Source of the DNA: Vairimorpha necatrix
Taxonomy: Eukaryota
DNA length: 64,000 nucleotides
Direction: 5' to 3'
NCBI GenBank assembly: GCA_036630325.1
Contig: CP142731.1
Span: 992,001 to 1,056,000, forward strand
Shown: in pieces, positions 22,336 through 34,852 of the stretch
Position numbering within the stretch: the first letter of the stretch is position 1
Layout of the letters: every line of letters starts with the position of its first letter
The notes under the pieces: generated by a model
Database searches by the model: none
The model's input: only the letters and a program-made list of their open reading frames with translations
Told to the model about the DNA's origin: nothing
Program-made: the position numbers and the translations under genes

Positions 22336-23022
22336 GGTACATGACCGTTTGGAACCCGCTCTGGGAAAATGAACCCGCTTTGGGAAAATGAACCCGCTTT
22401 GGGAAAATGAACTCGCTTTGAAATTTTAAAAGACCCCCTATAAAAAATGACATAATTGGCAAAACAATGTTTGTTGAGGCAGATGAGGTTTTTAGTGATG
22501 TAATGTTTTTATACGTGGAATTTAAATAAAGTTTATTTTGGAAACATTTGATGCTGATTCGGCGTGCGCCTTGCTCGTTTCTGTAACTAGTAGAAATACT
22601 GCTTTTTCCTTAAGGTAATACAAGAAAATGTATAACCTGTTTCTATTTTGATCTCTAATCAATGGGTAGCATATGATGCCAAATTAGCTAAGCAAAGGAA
22701 TGGAGCACAGTACTAAGAATCACTCCATAAGTGCTGTAACCTCTAGCGATTCTGAGTCACAATACCATATAATTTAGTTGGTTTGGCTCATTTCTATAAG
22801 AGATATTTGATCTTAACATAAACAAAGAAGAACACTATGAGTACCTTTTACAGTTTCACTAGGCTTTTCAAATTCCCAAAAACCACCGGACAAATTGTCT
22901 TCTGTCATTATTTAAAATAAATCATCAAGTCCTTTTTTTTATAACTTTTTTTATTTTTCCCTTTTTTGAATTTTTCAAAGCGTCTTCATTTTCCCAAAGC
23001 GGGTTCCAAACGGTCATGTACC
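22336..23022 (+). mobile_element. Merlin (IS1595-like) DNA transposon deletion derivative
   Basis: TIR GGTACATGACCGTTTGGAACCCGCT(C/T)TGGGAAAATGAA; 8-bp TSD agataata; 19-bp subterminal repeats; transposase remnants MFVEADE, ILISNQWVAY, HSTKNHS resembling VEIDES, IHSDxWxAY, HxTVNHS. Confidence 0.88.
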
Positions 23023-24863
23023 AGATAATATTGTAAGATATATAGGTAATAAAACCCTAATTATATTAGAATAAAATTTTTTTGCAGCGGTAGAAGTTAG
23101 AAATAATAATATCATAAAAAGAATAAAATATTCATTTATTCTTTATTTAGCCATTTTAGTAAATTTTATCTATTATTGAGCTTAAAATCAAATCCATATC
23201 TAGCAAGTTAACTGCCTTAGAATATGTAAAAACTTAAAATATGAATCAATATTCGAATTTTTATTGTGAAGCATATTATTAGAGCCTATTTTGCCAGGAA
23301 AAGTTTCACAACGTTCTAGTTTAATATCATGACAAATCTATTGTTCAAAAAGGGCAATCCGAATCCTTTCAGACCTTAATAATTGGTTTAATGTAATAAT
23401 AATAGCTTTTTATTGAGGCATTAGATGAATCCTTAAGTGTGTCTCAATTTCAACTAGTCTTGGAGTTGACCTAATCGACTTATAAGCAAAAGTCACGCTG
23501 TTGTACATCGATGTTACACATTATATCTAACATTATGTTAATTTTTTGGAGATTGATCGTCCTTCTGTAGTATTGAAAATTAGTGATCTTGGGTGTAGAT
23601 AATTTATTAAACGCTGAATGTCGACGAAAGACAGCGTCGCTTGATACTCAAGGTTATTAGATTCGTATAGCTACTGCGCTGATTTTTAAATGAGTTTTTA
23701 TAGTCGACAAAGACAGCCTTAAAAAACCATTTACACTAAATTCATACAGTTATTGTAGAAGTCAATTAACTTTTTAAAATTTTTAATTTGTAAGATGAGA
23801 TGGCAATTTTTAGTTGACACAACAAATTGTCATAGTTTAAAGAAATTTTTAAATTCTTTACATTGATTTTTACCAAAAATCTACTTCGAATGAAGAACAA
23901 AGAATAGTAACATGTCGGAAAGCTTTTTTTATGGCGCGTAAATAGAAAATGTTTGCCACGTTATATAACAAGCTTTATGACTCGACTACAAGCCCTGGTA
24001 GAGCTTGGTCTGATACAATTTAACATTGTCGCTAAGTATGTAAAATATCTTCAAAAATTATATAAATTTTTTATTAGCAGACCTATATGATATTCCGGCG
24101 ATGATATGCGATATGTTGAGATTAGAAAGGCAAAGGTTATGTCAATTTCAGTTAGTTTATCGTTGTAAATATAATTTATATATTATAGTAAGTATGTTTT
24201 TCAATAAAGTTTAGAATGCAAATAATTTTCTTCTTTTAATTAAAATTACCCGATGATCCACGTAGTGGTAAATAAATTCGCAATACATTGGAAAAATTTA
24301 CACTAATAAATTATATTTATGATAAGCTAGTACATATAAATGAATCTCGATTTTAATTTTTGCTTTTTGTACAAAGTGTTGTTTTCACTCAGAGGATAGA
24401 AAACATATAGACTAATAATTTAAACCAGGCGTTGCAATCTTTTCTGTATCTTGTTGGCAGCGTTTTCGTTTGATATCATTGTAAGCGTTGTATTTTTGAT
24501 ACACGACGTCATTACATTCAAATTTTGGAATGTAATATGTGAATTTTTGATATACAACAAATTTTGCCAAAAACAAAAGATTTAACCAACGTAAATTGAG
24601 CATGAAAACAAAAAACTATCAATAAAACTTTTATTTTGGGCATCTAAATTAAAATTTTTGATGATATAATTTTTATATCAAAAATTCAATACTTTATATT
24701 TCCAAAATATTTCTGTTCAATAAAAATGTTTACATAATAACTAGTAGCCGTAAAATATCGATACATCAAAGACATGCAATTAGGAGAGTAACACAATTAA
24801 ATGAGAGAATTAGTTCTTTAAATTAATTTCAATTTAAATTTTTGTACATTTGTCAAAAAATCC

Positions 24864-25763
24864 TCAGTAACGAATAAACATTTCTTTAAAAATTAAGTTT
24901 TGCAATCTATTGATAATTATCGAGCAATATCCTTGCAGAAATTTTATATTATCAAATAATTGCTTTAGGTTTATATAAATATCACAAAAAGCGTTTTCTA
25001 GCAATTTTTTTTCGTTGCTCTCGAAACTGATAAAATACTGATGTTCAAAAAACATTTTAAACGCTTCAAATCTGTCTAATACCTGGTATTCATCTTTAAT
25101 AATGTTTAACCTATATGGTAAAGTATTATAATGATATAAAATTTTGAAACTATCTTTCTTGTAAAAATATTGTTTAGCAGAGGAACACTTCTTCAAATAA
25201 AAGAAAATCATTTCAAAGAATATCAATTGTTTTTTCATATCATTTATGTATTCATCGGGAGCAATGTTTTCCATTACTGTCCTTATCACATTAAGATGCT
25301 TATTTAAAGAGTTTTGTAATTCTTCAAACTTACGTTGTATGTTATATTTAGCTCCTTTCATGTCGTTTATTATATTTTTATCAATATCTGAAATTATAAA
25401 CTCTTCCAATTCTTTGCTATTATCATCTTTATTCCAAACAAAAATTTGATTAATTAACTTTTCCTTGAGAAATTTATAATCCAAAACATTCTGTAAACTG
25501 TTTAAATCCAAAACCATTACTTTTTGTTGATTATTAATATAATGTATGTACAATTTTTTTTCAATACTTGAAGAAGAAGATGCAGAACAATGATCATCTT
25601 CCTTTTCAATATGATCTAAACGTGTATAAAAATCTTCAGCATGAGCATCTAATCGTCTTTTTCTCGTATTATTTGGAACATAGATAGTTTTTGGAAAGAA
25701 GTTTAACACATCCGTATTTGATGTGATCACAGAGCATATCACTAAAAAAATATATTGTAACAT
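24864..25763 (-). CDS. Secreted protein, family member 1 (signal peptide, FPxxIY..RKRRLD)
   Basis: 299 aa; cccacaaATG on the minus strand; paralogous to 30667..31545 and 42107..43000. Confidence 0.8.
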   Translation of the reverse strand: MLQYIFLVICSVITSNTDVLNFFPKTIYVPNNTRKRRLDAHAEDFYTRLDHIEKEDDHCSASSSSSIEKKLYIHYINNQQKVMVLDLNSLQNVLDYKFLKEKLINQIFVWNKDDNSKELEEFIISDIDKNIINDMKGAKYNIQRKFEELQNSLNKHLNVIRTVMENIAPDEYINDMKKQLIFFEMIFFYLKKCSSAKQYFYKKDSFKILYHYNTLPYRLNIIKDEYQVLDRFEAFKMFFEHQYFISFESNEKKLLENAFCDIYINLKQLFDNIKFLQGYCSIIINRLQNLIFKEMFIRY

Positions 25764-26747
25764 TTGTGGGTTTATCCCAATAAAAAATAAGTGATGTAAG
25801 TATATATTTATTTTTAGATTTATAATCTTTGTTTTGATTCAGTTTTACATTAACAAAACATTCACATAATCTATTGAAAATTCACAAAATAAACGTCATT
25901 TTAAGAGCTCTTTTTTTTTATAATATCGTCCCTTCTTCAGTACATAAGTTCAATTTATAAAACTTTTTTTAAATTAAATTGATCGCACATATCTTTACAT
26001 GCTTAGAATTATTATAGGCTCTTTTATATGCTTAAGAAATGCCACTCATTGTCTTAAACATTGTTATAACGCCACATACTTTGTCTTACGTATAACAAGA
26101 GATTGTTATCTACGCTTTCTAAGTTCCCTGTTTAGACTTTTTTGCACTTTTAATTGAAGTATTAGTGATATTAATGATACATAAGTAACGCGAGTCTAAT
26201 AATTAACATTAGCTATGCGTATATAAATTTGCATTGCGCGGAAGATTTTAAAGTATCTATATAACTTGAAAATGTTATCATATGTTAAAGGCATTTCAAA
26301 AATTAAAACGCCAATTACTATCGCCATCGTATGAGATGTTAATTTAGCATATTTTTATTGTTGTATATATAAATATAAAAGTCCGAAATGATAACTTATG
26401 CTGTCCTAAAATTTTTTCTTATTGATAAGGTTCTTAATAAGTAGTAACAAAGCATAAACGTAATATGCGGATGATCAGTAGGATTGGAGTGACTTTTAAG
26501 CAACTAAAAAAATAATTTATTTTTTGTAAGTTTTTACACTCGAGCATTAACTCAGTAAATTTTTTTTGTTAGTTTTAGCACCACTCTTAAAACTTCTCTT
26601 ATGTACATAATCTTTAGTAAAATGAAAAAATCACATAAAATGTTAATCCAATCAATTGTGAGCATAAAACAGAAATTTTAGTAAAGTTGCTTTTGTACTA
26701 TTGATAACCTATTACAAGTTTAAAAATCAAAGTATATATTTTATTAA

Positions 26748-29700
26748 ATGAAGGGTAAAAATGAAGAAGAAGGAGCTGAACTAAAAATAGCTAAAACAAC
26801 ACTAGCAGCACCGAACAACCAAAAAACACACGATATAAACTCAGTATCATTATGTACAGAACCAGGAAGACCCAAGAGGTCTAACAAGTTGGATTCTCTA
26901 ATGGCCGTTCTCAGAAAAGTTGAGGGCGCCAAGTATGATTGGCCTAGGAAGTCTTTCCAAGCCATTTTAAGTAGATGGAATCAGATGCCAAAGGGAGGAT
27001 GGAACAAAGTACTAGAGTTCTATTGTGCAAAATTTAAGGAAAAAATATCTATTGTTAGAATAAAGAAAATGGCGCAAAAGCACTTGAAAATGAAGCAGGG
27101 ACGCTTACAAGAGTAAGAGAGTTTAAAGAGGAGAATACAACTAAAAGAAGAAAGACTTTGGACGAGATTGCAAGAGTATGCTCCCTAAAAGATGTAGAGC
27201 GACAAAATGAAATAGATTAAAGATTTAAAGAGATGTTGACTAAAATTAAAGATACAGACGTTTGCTCTGTACAAGGAACAAGAAAGATATCTTCTAAAAA
27301 AGCTTATTATGAAATTATAGAATCTTTAAATTTAGTGTTTGGAAATTTTGTTTACTAAAGAATAAAGTCAATAATATGAATGATATTGTCAAAATTATCC
27401 AAACTGCACAATGGGTGTATCAAGAGATAACATGTAAAGAAATTAAGAAAAGTGTTTAAAAAGAAAGTATTGAAGATAAAATAAACGCAATGGAACAAAA
27501 AAAAGCGCTTTTTGATACAATTTAAGTTAGAGAAAGATAAGATAACTGAGGAAGAGAAAAAAGCCCTAAGAAAATGCATGAGGGAAAGAAACTTAATACT
27601 TTCAAAAGCAAATGATGTTATTAAAATGGAATTATATCTTAAGGAGAGGATCTTGGTATACAAGAAGAAGATAGAAGTTCACGAGAAGAGAAAAGCATAT
27701 AGAAATGGAAATACAAAATTTGAACTTTACCGTGGAAGATACTACCGAGACCTAAATGTAGAGGAGAAGAATGATCATAAAGTTGGGAAAAAAGAGATTG
27801 AAGATTTCTGGTCGAAAATGTGGGAAAATGCAGAACAAGAAACTTCAAAATGAAGAAGAATACCTATGGAAATACAAAATAGAACAGCCCAACATCAATG
27901 CTTTCCCGACAGAAGAAGAGTTTAAAAATATAATAGGATGGCTGCCCAACTGGAAAGCAGCAGGTCTAGATAGAGTCTATAATTTCTTTATGAAGAAAAT
28001 GTCTAGCCTACATGGATCTCTTTACAAAGTAATTAAGAAAATATGCCTGGAGAGTTATACGGAAGAAGAATGGTTTTACAGAGGAATTACTTATCTGATA
28101 CCTAAAGGGCAACCAGTGGAAGGAAAAGACTTTAGACCCATTACATGTATGTCTAACTTGTACAAATTACAACAAAATATATTACATACGTACTCCAGGA
28201 ACATGTGGAATCAAACTCTCTTTTAGCAGATAACCAGATGAGAACAAAGAGGAAAGTGCAGGGAGCTAAAGAACAGGCAATGACAAATAACATGCTGAAT
28301 AGAGAATATAATTATAAAATCAAAACGGCCTGGATAGATGTTAAGAAGGCGTACGACTCAGTAAGACATGACTATTTAATAAAATGCATTAAAGCTCTGG
28401 GACTACTAGAGTGGATATGTAAGACAATAGAAATACTAGCCAGCAAGTGGAATCTAGAAATATTTGAAGGAAATGAGAAGATCATGGGAAAGAAGGTCAG
28501 AAGAGGAATATTACAAGGAGATAGTTTGTCCCCGCTATTGTTTGTGCTGTGTATAGACCCGCTAAGTCGGAAATTGAATAGTATATACCCCAAGTTAAGC
28601 ATCCCGTTGGGAGAACAAGCATTTGTAACTAACCATTTGTTGTTTATTGACGATTTAAAATTACTTGCAGAAAATGAGGAAGTAATGAAAGAGATGATAG
28701 ATGAGACAAGAAAATTCTTTAATACTGAAGGTCTAGAAATCAACGCGGAAAAATCGGCTACAAATAGTATATAGTGTAAAGATGAAGGCAAGTTGCTAGA
28801 GGGGCATGGGGGTATAAATATCTAGGCATTACAGAAAGCCACGAAGGTAAGATAATGAAGGAAATAAAGGAAAAAATATGGAAGGCCATCTTATTAAGAA
28901 TCTAAAAGTTATGTAAGACTAAGCTGAATGCGAAACATTTGTTTAAAGCAATCAATGAACATGGAATAAGCCTAAAAAATTACTATATAGGAAAAATAGA
29001 TGCCGAACCAGAAGAATACAAGATCATAGACGACAACATCAGAAAATTATTGATTAAATATCACGTCCATCAACAACCTGCAACTAAAGAAAGATTATAT
29101 CTCTCCAGAGCCGAACTTGGAAGAGAGCATTAATGCGTAGAACATAAAAGTGAAAGAATGCTTTTACAACTAGCCAAAGAATTTGAAAGCACGAAAGAAT
29201 CTGTTCTAAGACGCAAGGCGATTTTCCACTCCGAGAAAACTGGCTACACATATCTATCCACCATAGAAGAATATATAAAAGAGAAATATAAACTTAAGGA
29301 AAACGTAACAGCTAAAATATTAATAGAGGCTCAAACTGAATCTCTTTATAGCGATATAAAAATAAAAACAAACCATTCAAAGCTATTTAGACCAAGAGAT
29401 GATCCACTTATTGATATAAAACAGGCTGCCACGTGGCTCACAAAAGGAAATATAAGCCCGAGAGAGGAAGGCAATTTATGTGCATTACAGGACTGAAATA
29501 TTTTCTTAGAGAAACAGATAAAATTCCCACACTGCCATGAATATGCAAAGACAGTAGATCATATGGCCACCCAATGTGATCGTATGCTTTCACATGATTA
29601 CATGAGACGGCACAATGAGGCACTGCGATGCATCCACCTGCAGTTGTGTAAGACGTATGGTCTATCCCATGCCAAAAGAAATAGAAATCATTCAGTCCAG

Positions 29701-30231
29701 GAATGTGTAGCTAATGAGTATGTTGAGATACGAGTCGACAGTTGGATACATTCAAGTATTAAAATAAAGTATAACAAGCCTGATATACTAATTGTAGACA
29801 AGTTGAGGAAAGAAGTGATCGTTGTAGAAGTTGGAATCACAAGTTTTAACAACATCCATGCAGTAGAAACAGAAAAGAAACATAAATACGACTTGCTCGC
29901 AAATCATGTGGCTTCTCTCTACAAATACAAGCCGAAAATTATTCCTTATGTGATGACGTGGGATGGAATAGTAACTAATTTTCACCGTACGCATATCAAA
30001 GTGCTCAGATTAGAACCCAGAACGGAAGCATATATACAGTCAAGAGTCCTTAAAATGACTTTAGAAAGCCTAACTATGTCAGCCAGACATGGGCTTGATA
30101 CAGAATTGGAAGGGGCCTTCGAGAGCCCAATGAGTGAATCTCAGAAGGAAGTCCTGGAACTGCCAGATGAGACTGTAAGCGTATCTTGTGAAAAGTAATT
30201 AATAAGCCGAATATTATACCCAAATAAATTA
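26748..30231 (+). mobile_element. Non-LTR retrotransposon with RT and C-terminal restriction-like endonuclease (R4/Dong/NeSL-like), inactivated by stops and frameshifts
   Basis: WKAAGLD, FRPITC, WIDVKKAYDSV, GILQGDSLSPLLF, HLLFIDDLKL, YKYLG, RLYLSR, degenerate CCHC, RHN, KPD..VEV; 15-bp direct repeat tatatattttattaa at 26733-26747 and 30232-30246. Confidence 0.92.
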
Positions 30232-30666
30232 TATATATTTTATTAATAATGGGGGGTTATTTTATTAAAACGTTATCTTTACTAAATTTTACTGATAATA
30301 AAAAAATACATTAATTTGATTGTCTATTATATATATAATAAATTGTATAATTTTGATAACCCCCAACGGAAACATATATACAGACAAAGTCCTGTTAATA
30401 CCCTTGATAAATTTTACTGTATCAAGTAGACAGAGGCATAATATATCGTGAAGGGCGGGTTAACCCTAATGAAAGGATGTACGACGAAACCCTAAGAGCT
30501 AACTACTGGGCGAGTAAAAGTATTTTTCAAAATCTAAGGAAGAATGAAAAATATGATATAAATATAATTTTTAATGCGTTTGATACAAAAAACAGGGTTT
30601 AACTTGCTTAAATATATACAATACTTCAAAAAAATTTATATTTTATAAAATATATTATATGACTTA

Positions 30667-31545
30667 TTACATATAAATAAGATTTTCCAAAACATTAATA
30701 ATAAACAAACATTCCTCGCATAGATTTATAAGATCTTCATTAAAAAATTGGATATTTTTATCGATTTCATCAAACGAATGTTGAATTTTGTTTTTATCTG
30801 TTTCATTAGTATTGATAGGATATGCATATTCATAAAAATTTTTAAATGTCTTAAATCTATCTACTATCTGGAATTCATTCATAAGAATGTTCATTCTAAG
30901 TGGCAAAGCGCCATAATAATTTATCATTGTATAACCATCCGATTTATAATTAAAATATGAACCAGTGATATAAAATTTAAAAAACTCAAAAAATGATTCA
31001 AAAAAATTCAATTGATCTTCAATATCATTTGTATATTCATCTTGAGCAATAATTTTTGCAGCCATCTTGATTGTATTTATATTTTCCTGATAAACAGTGT
31101 ATACCTTTTCGAACTTGCGTCGTATTGAAAGTTTTGTTTTTCTAAAAACAATTTGTTCATTTTCTTCCATATTTTTATAAGAATATTTTCGTCTTTTCGG
31201 TCTAGAATCTTCTAACTTCCACATACTAATGTGTTCATCTAATTTTTTTTTCAATAATTTATAATCTAAAATGTTTTGTAAGTAGTTTACATCCAAAATT
31301 ATTACCTTTTCTTTTTTGTTGATATATCGTAAATGCAAATCATTTTTATAATCATAAATAGAGGGATGCTTATAATTATTAATTTCTTCAGAATAATTTA
31401 TACGCTCATACAAAACTTCGCAGTCCATGTCAAGTTTTCGTTTTCTTTTGTTATCTGATTTGTAGATATATTTGGGGAATAACTCGATTTGATGATACTT
31501 CGTATCGACATCAGTGCTAATAACAAAAAACATATATTGTAGCAT
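30667..31545 (-). CDS. Secreted protein, family member 2
   Basis: 292 aa; MLQYMFFVIS; FPKYIYKSDNKRKRKLD; LQNILDYKLLK; CCC motif before ATG. Confidence 0.8.
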   Translation of the reverse strand: MLQYMFFVISTDVDTKYHQIELFPKYIYKSDNKRKRKLDMDCEVLYERINYSEEINNYKHPSIYDYKNDLHLRYINKKEKVIILDVNYLQNILDYKLLKKKLDEHISMWKLEDSRPKRRKYSYKNMEENEQIVFRKTKLSIRRKFEKVYTVYQENINTIKMAAKIIAQDEYTNDIEDQLNFFESFFEFFKFYITGSYFNYKSDGYTMINYYGALPLRMNILMNEFQIVDRFKTFKNFYEYAYPINTNETDKNKIQHSFDEIDKNIQFFNEDLINLCEECLFIINVLENLIYM

Positions 31546-32882
31546 CTATGGGTTATTGTTAAAAATATTCATATATATAAAAGAATTGTATTTGAATTTG
31601 CCCTCTTTATTGTGTGTTTGAAATCAGTAAACATTACGTTTAGTGCTTTTTATGTAAAAACAATATCAATTATAAATTTCAAACTAAAATTTAATAATTT
31701 TAAGTGCGTATGCCTTATGTTAATACATTTTAATTAAAAATATTATTTTTTAAAAACAAGTTTTAAAATGTGATGGTAAGGACCACATCACAATAACGTA
31801 TGTCATAAATATCATCCGTCAAATGTTTACAATGACAGCCATGCGTCAATAAAAAAACAAACAAAAGAATACTTTAGCAATAGGTTTATTAATGCAAAGT
31901 ATTATTTTTTGATAAAATTGACTGTCAATTCTTAGATTAAAAATAGAATATAATAAGAAGTTTGTCTTTGGAGGGCATGTAATATAAGAGAAATGATGAA
32001 ATCATCATTAAAAATATTTATCTTAACAGTTATTTAAAAAGCTATTTTTACATGTCAAAGTCCAAATAATACAGGACATAGAATATCGTCAGAATAGTTT
32101 TAAAATAAATAACCCTTTCAAAAAAAAATTGTAAAAACGTTTAGACATCGAAAATTTATTCTCTAAGTCTTAAAAATTGAGCTTATTTAGTTTTCAAAGT
32201 TACCTTATCAAATTTGCAAGTGTTTTTAATTTCATTTCATTTTTTATTCGTTATTTATAAATTGTATTTAAAATCAAAACAATAACTTAATAAATTCTTT
32301 CTTCCTAAATGAAATTTATAAAAAATTAAGGATGTACATAGCATAAAACATAATCTATATATCCCGTTTTCATAGCAAGAAAGCTTTAGCTAGGATTTCA
32401 TAAAATTCAAACATATTTAATTTTGCAATTACTTGGTGGTTTGCAAACTTTTTATTTTGTTCAGTCCCATATAAGTTGGTAAATTGATTATCGAAAGATA
32501 ACATTACTTAGTGGTGTTCCGAATTATTTTAATGCTCCAAATATTATTTTCGAAATAGAATTCGTCGATAAAAAGATCAAAACAGCTTAATTAACATATT
32601 ATTGCTGGAGATATTATTTCTATAAAGTCGTATCGTAAGTGCATTAGATTCACGGAATTTGTATGAATTGACTTAGAGTTTATATGAATGTAAAACTTTC
32701 TATCGGTATTGAGATTGCCATAACATATTGTATTTGTGTACTCTATGTGTTGACTTTTAAAAAAATATGCAATTTAATTTTTTTTCAAAAAGAGTTTAGT
32801 AACTAAAAAGCATAATATTCGGTGTCGAGTAAATTCAAGCAAGCAATAAAACAATATCTTTAAACAAGTTTCTCTGGTTTGG

Positions 32883-33482
32883 GGTACATGACCGTTTAGA
32901 AAATGAACCCGCTTTAGAGAAATAAACCGATTTAAAAATTTAATAATATGCGAAAAATAAAAAAAATGTAAAAAAAGACTTGGCAATTTATATTAGATAA
33001 TAAATATGAAGATTTATAGGTCGTTTTAAGTTATTTGATAAAACCAGAGGAGCAGTAAAGGTACACATTGTGTTGTCCTGGGTTATTCCATGTCTATACT
33101 GCATATTTTATTGGAAAAAACCAAACCCCTCAATTTGTTGGTATTGTGGCCCGGGATCGTTAAAGTTTACAATTTTATGACGGGATTACTCCTGTGTTCC
33201 ATCCCAATGATTTGTTTAATGCGGCGTCATATGCTACCATTGATAATGATCACAATATAATGTTGATACAATTGTATCCTCCAAGGAGAATAGCCGCATT
33301 TCTACTATACACAGGTCAAGTAAGACACACGCCAGTCATGCTTTATTAGATTTTTTTAAAATGAACTTTATTTTTTCCATGTTTAAAAACACTCTATTTT
33401 TAACTAATTTTGTTCTTACCAGTTCGACTTTTTTTATAAGGGGGTTTTCAAATTTTAAACGGGTCTTAAACGGTCATGTACC
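32883..33482 (-). mobile_element. Second Merlin-family relic, inverted relative to 22336..23022
   Basis: TIR GGTACATGACCGTTT at both ends; interior revcomp matches copy 1 (atcaatgg(g)tagcatatga; ccccc.tataaaaaa); flanks do not form a clean TSD. Confidence 0.8.
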
Positions 33483-34852
33483 AGAATTAGATTTAATGCT
33501 TAACACTATTAAAATTCGTTATAAGACAGAGAAATCTTAATTTTATTCAAACAAGCGTATGGTTATTGTAGGAGCGCTGATATTAATAATATGTCGGAAT
33601 AGGCAATAGAGTTTTTAAATATAAAATATTTAGCGATGAGAAAGTGTAATATAGAATTGTTCAACGCCAATAAGGAGACCTGTGGAAATAGCATTCGATG
33701 ATGCTCCTCCCTGCAATATTATTTCGATTATTATTATTATTTATTTTTAATGTTTGTTTTCAGAGACTCCTCTTTTTGTCCTTTCATTTCTATCTTAAGG
33801 TAGGGGTAAAATTGAAGGAAAATATTTATAGTAAAATATTTTCTAAAAAATTCATTTGGAAAGAAATTAAATAAAAACAAAATAACGTGTTAAATAATAC
33901 CACAAAAATATATTTTGTAATCCTGAAGAAGAAATTTATTTTTGTTATTGCTGTATAAATATAACTGACTTAAAGATTTAATTGTGGAACCTATAGAAGG
34001 TCTAAAATAGCTTGGCCCTTACTTCACGTTAATATAAGAGTTGTGCCGTCTTATTTTAATCACAAAATGTTCATTTTTTATATCTCTTTACAGAAATCAA
34101 ACAATGTTGAAGCAATTGTTTTCCATTGTTTTTCTACTCGATAACGGTTAAATTTAAACCTATGATAAACTCATTGATAGATAAGGTATTGTGCGGAAAA
34201 TGTTAAGAGGGTTCACTTAAGTAAGACATGTATTTATTTGCATTGAGAGTATTTAAAAAATAATATTTTGGATTATTATTTTTCTTGTATAGCTTTTTCC
34301 ATTTTTGATTATAAAAAAATACATTTTTAGCATAATTTTCATTAATTTTACAAATATGCGAACCAAATTTTAATATTTCTTATAAGCTGTTTGTATTATA
34401 GTTTTATCGATTGTATCGAAAATGGTTAGAAATTTATAATCAAAAAAAGTTAGAAAAATTTAACTTCTAAGAGCTAAGAATTTTTTTTTAGAATACTCCT
34501 TCTAATAGGCGATGTATCACAAAAATCAATTATTTTATAGCTTTTATCCTTCTAACGAAAATTTTTAATGGCAGTATATTTTTTTAAACCTTAAAAACAA
34601 ATTCAAAAGAATCTTATTGGTCTTTTATAATTGTCAGAATACTGTTTTTGGTTATTGGAAATTTCCCTTACTTCGATTGTTTTAGGATATGCCTTAAGAT
34701 ATGGAAAATAATTTTTAAATATGGTTGTATGGCCTTTTGCACTGTACAATCAAAATTTCTTTTTTACTTGTCTTTAATATAATTTTAATTTTATCTCTGT
34801 TATTGTCTCTGAATCCCAAGTTTAAAATTGTGTATTTATTTTTATTAATAAT

